A program made the translations under genes and the position numbers. The notes below the pieces were generated by a model. That model was given only the letters and a program-made list of their open reading frames with translations. It was not told where the DNA came from and did no database searches. DNA of 64,000 nucleotides from Lophium mytilinum (taxonomy: Eukaryota). The DNA is taken from contig MU004182.1 in NCBI GenBank assembly GCA_010093605.1, forward strand, positions 507,502-571,501, read 5' to 3'. Below are positions 62,036 to 64,000 of the stretch, in pieces; the first letter of the stretch is position 1, and every line of letters starts with the position of its first letter.

Positions 62036-64000
62036 CTAGTACCCACCGCTAGCAATCTGCACCAATTTCTTGAAGTTCTACAATAATCAGTCAGTACGTA
62101 TAATTCACTATTGAATCGCGCAAGAGAACATACCGGTGTTCCGAATCCAGTGACGGGATCCCATCCAGGGACAGCCGGGAAGCCATCGGTATCGCAGCCG
62201 TGCGAAGAACCCTTGGTGATATCGGTGAAGCCCTTGTATCCCTTGGAGTAAATCCACGGGTTCAAGAACCCAAGAGACGGCTTTCCGGACGCGATCAGGG
62301 CGTCATTGACTAGGGAAATGATACCACCGGTCAACGGGCAAGAGGCGCTGGTGCCGCTGATAACGCCTTCGGTGCCATTCCAGACATATGCGAAGTAGAG
62401 ACCTTGGGCCGAGATGTCAGGATAGGCGCGGCCAGCTACGGAAATGTCAGTGTCGGTTTCATACTTGAAGGCGGTGGAACTTACACTTGTTGTACAACCC
62501 ATCGTACTTGCCATCAAGAGCCTTCACATAGGCGGGGACATCCTTGTCCTGATACTTAGGTCGGGAGAAGTAGTTGCTGAAACCAGCTCCGCTAGCATAG
62601 AAGCTATGCTTGGGGTTCACACTGGGTGCCCGATAGGCCACCTCTTCAGGTTGGAAGTTCATCGTGGCTCCGACGGCTGTAACGAAGGGGCATCCAGCAG
62701 GGAAAGCTGGCAAGAACTGCGTGGTGTTCTTGCCATCATTGGTCAGACAAGTACCTGGCTCTCCAACACCGCCGTCACCGCTCGAGAAGAGCAGGGAGGT
62801 ACCTCGTGCACCAATACGAGCGAAGTCCTTGCAGACACGCTCAGCATATGACTTGGGGATGGTTTGCTCATCATCACCATATGAGGTGGTGATGGTTTGT
62901 GGAATGCTCTTCTGGCTAAGGATGTATTGGACCCAAACTAGGTATGGCTCGTTTGTGTCGGTCGGGGTATTAGTGTCTGGGATGAATGGAGGGCTGCCGC
63001 CAGTGCTCCAGGTCTCGATCGGAGTGGGCCAGCTAATTCCAGCAATGGCTTGAACGTCAAGATTGGCTTCGCGGGAGATGCCGGACTCGGCTTGAGTGGC
63101 GTTTAGAGGACCATCCTGGAGGGGTCCATCAGCGAGAGAGACTCCCTTGAAAGTATAGGCCGAAGAGACTGCCTCCGGCCGGTACTTCTGCAGGAACTTG
63201 GCAGTATCTGGCCGAATCGGGATTTCACCAAGGTAGTTGGTGAACCCGACCTTGTTCTTCCCGGCAGCCTTGGGCTTGTAGCCTTTGGTGCCATAGAGTT
63301 CCATGAAACACTGCGGGGTCACAGAGCTGACATTGCACACGCTGGAAATGGCAGGGTCGGTGGGTGGCGTGTATCCGGCCGGGATGTAGGGAGCGGAGTC
63401 GATATAAGTCGCCTTCTGAGCACCCATTCGGAAGAAAGAGTTAGTTGGCTGGATAACATCGATGTGTTCGTGGAGATGGGCAGGTAGAGACCACTTGGAC
63501 GTGCGAACCAAACGGTCGCCATCTCGCTCATGCTCGAAGGTGGAGTACTCGGTGTCCAGGAGGCGTTCCACCGTCTCGACTGGGAGAGAGACTGAGATCC
63601 AGTCCTTCGAGGGGCTGTAGGTCAAAGACTCAATGCCGTTATCACGGAGCCACTCATTTACCAAGTTCAAGGTTTCCTCAGACGGCTTCACAAGGGCATT
63701 GACCTCGTCATGGCTCAAGTGCTTGCCATAGCGATCATGGCTCGGGTCGGAGACTGTGGTGATCAGTCGCACAATTTTTACAAAGCCCAGAGGTAGCACA
63801 CTTACCCTCGTACAGGTGACGTTCTAGCTCGTCGAATTGGCCTTGCTTGATACCAATATGAAGGTCAATCGTATGCGCGCTGGGCGCTCGGCTCACCCGT
63901 TTCCACTGCCTGGGCACATTGTGTGTTTCTTTCACCACATATGGCGACCGAGAGCGAACGGGAGAGCAAAAGACGGCTTGGGCAGCAATTGCTACGGAAA
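62036..64000 (-). CDS. Tripeptidyl-peptidase/sedolisin (peptidase S53), 5' end beyond window
   Basis: Pro-kumamolisin prodomain (VSDPSHDRYGKHLS), EANLD, TSYGDDEQ, SSGDGG, catalytic SGTSASCP, GFLNPWIY, GWDPVTGFGTP. Introns present. Confidence 0.95.

Overview
Eukaryotic genomic DNA from a filamentous ascomycete (Pezizomycotina; Dothideomycetes is only a guess). The evidence is short GT-AG introns with CTRAY branch points, conserved fungal genes and RIP-like TpA-rich repeats. About 25 protein-coding loci are supported. Conserved genes include a DUF3431 protein, a Tra2-like RRM/SR protein, NTO1, a cystinosin/ERS1-like transporter, an RGS-LOV photoreceptor, a PflX-like radical SAM protein, JIP5 and a sedolisin/TPP1 truncated at the window end. 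A catabolic-looking cluster with no core synthase (SDR, MFS sugar porter, SDR, LysM protein, ABM-like barrel, SnoaL-like protein, Baeyer-Villiger monooxygenase) spans about 24.8-36.3 kb. There are also two MYND-finger paralogs (one broken by RIP-type changes) and a head-to-head pair of F-box/ankyrin paralogs. Non-coding structure includes a 485-bp MITE-like element with perfect 57-bp TIRs, a ~135-150-bp tandem repeat array, a ~99-bp tandem repeat, and ~130-bp inverted repeats bracketing one F-box/ankyrin gene. The most unusual feature is a tandem trio of tRNA-like genes (23569-24291). Their acceptor, D and T arms are 100% identical, but each anticodon arm is different and non-canonical. One carries a 78-nt insert that looks like a spliceosomal intron and contains a hammerhead-core-like motif. 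Gene models were read by eye, so exon boundaries are approximate and no database searches were run.
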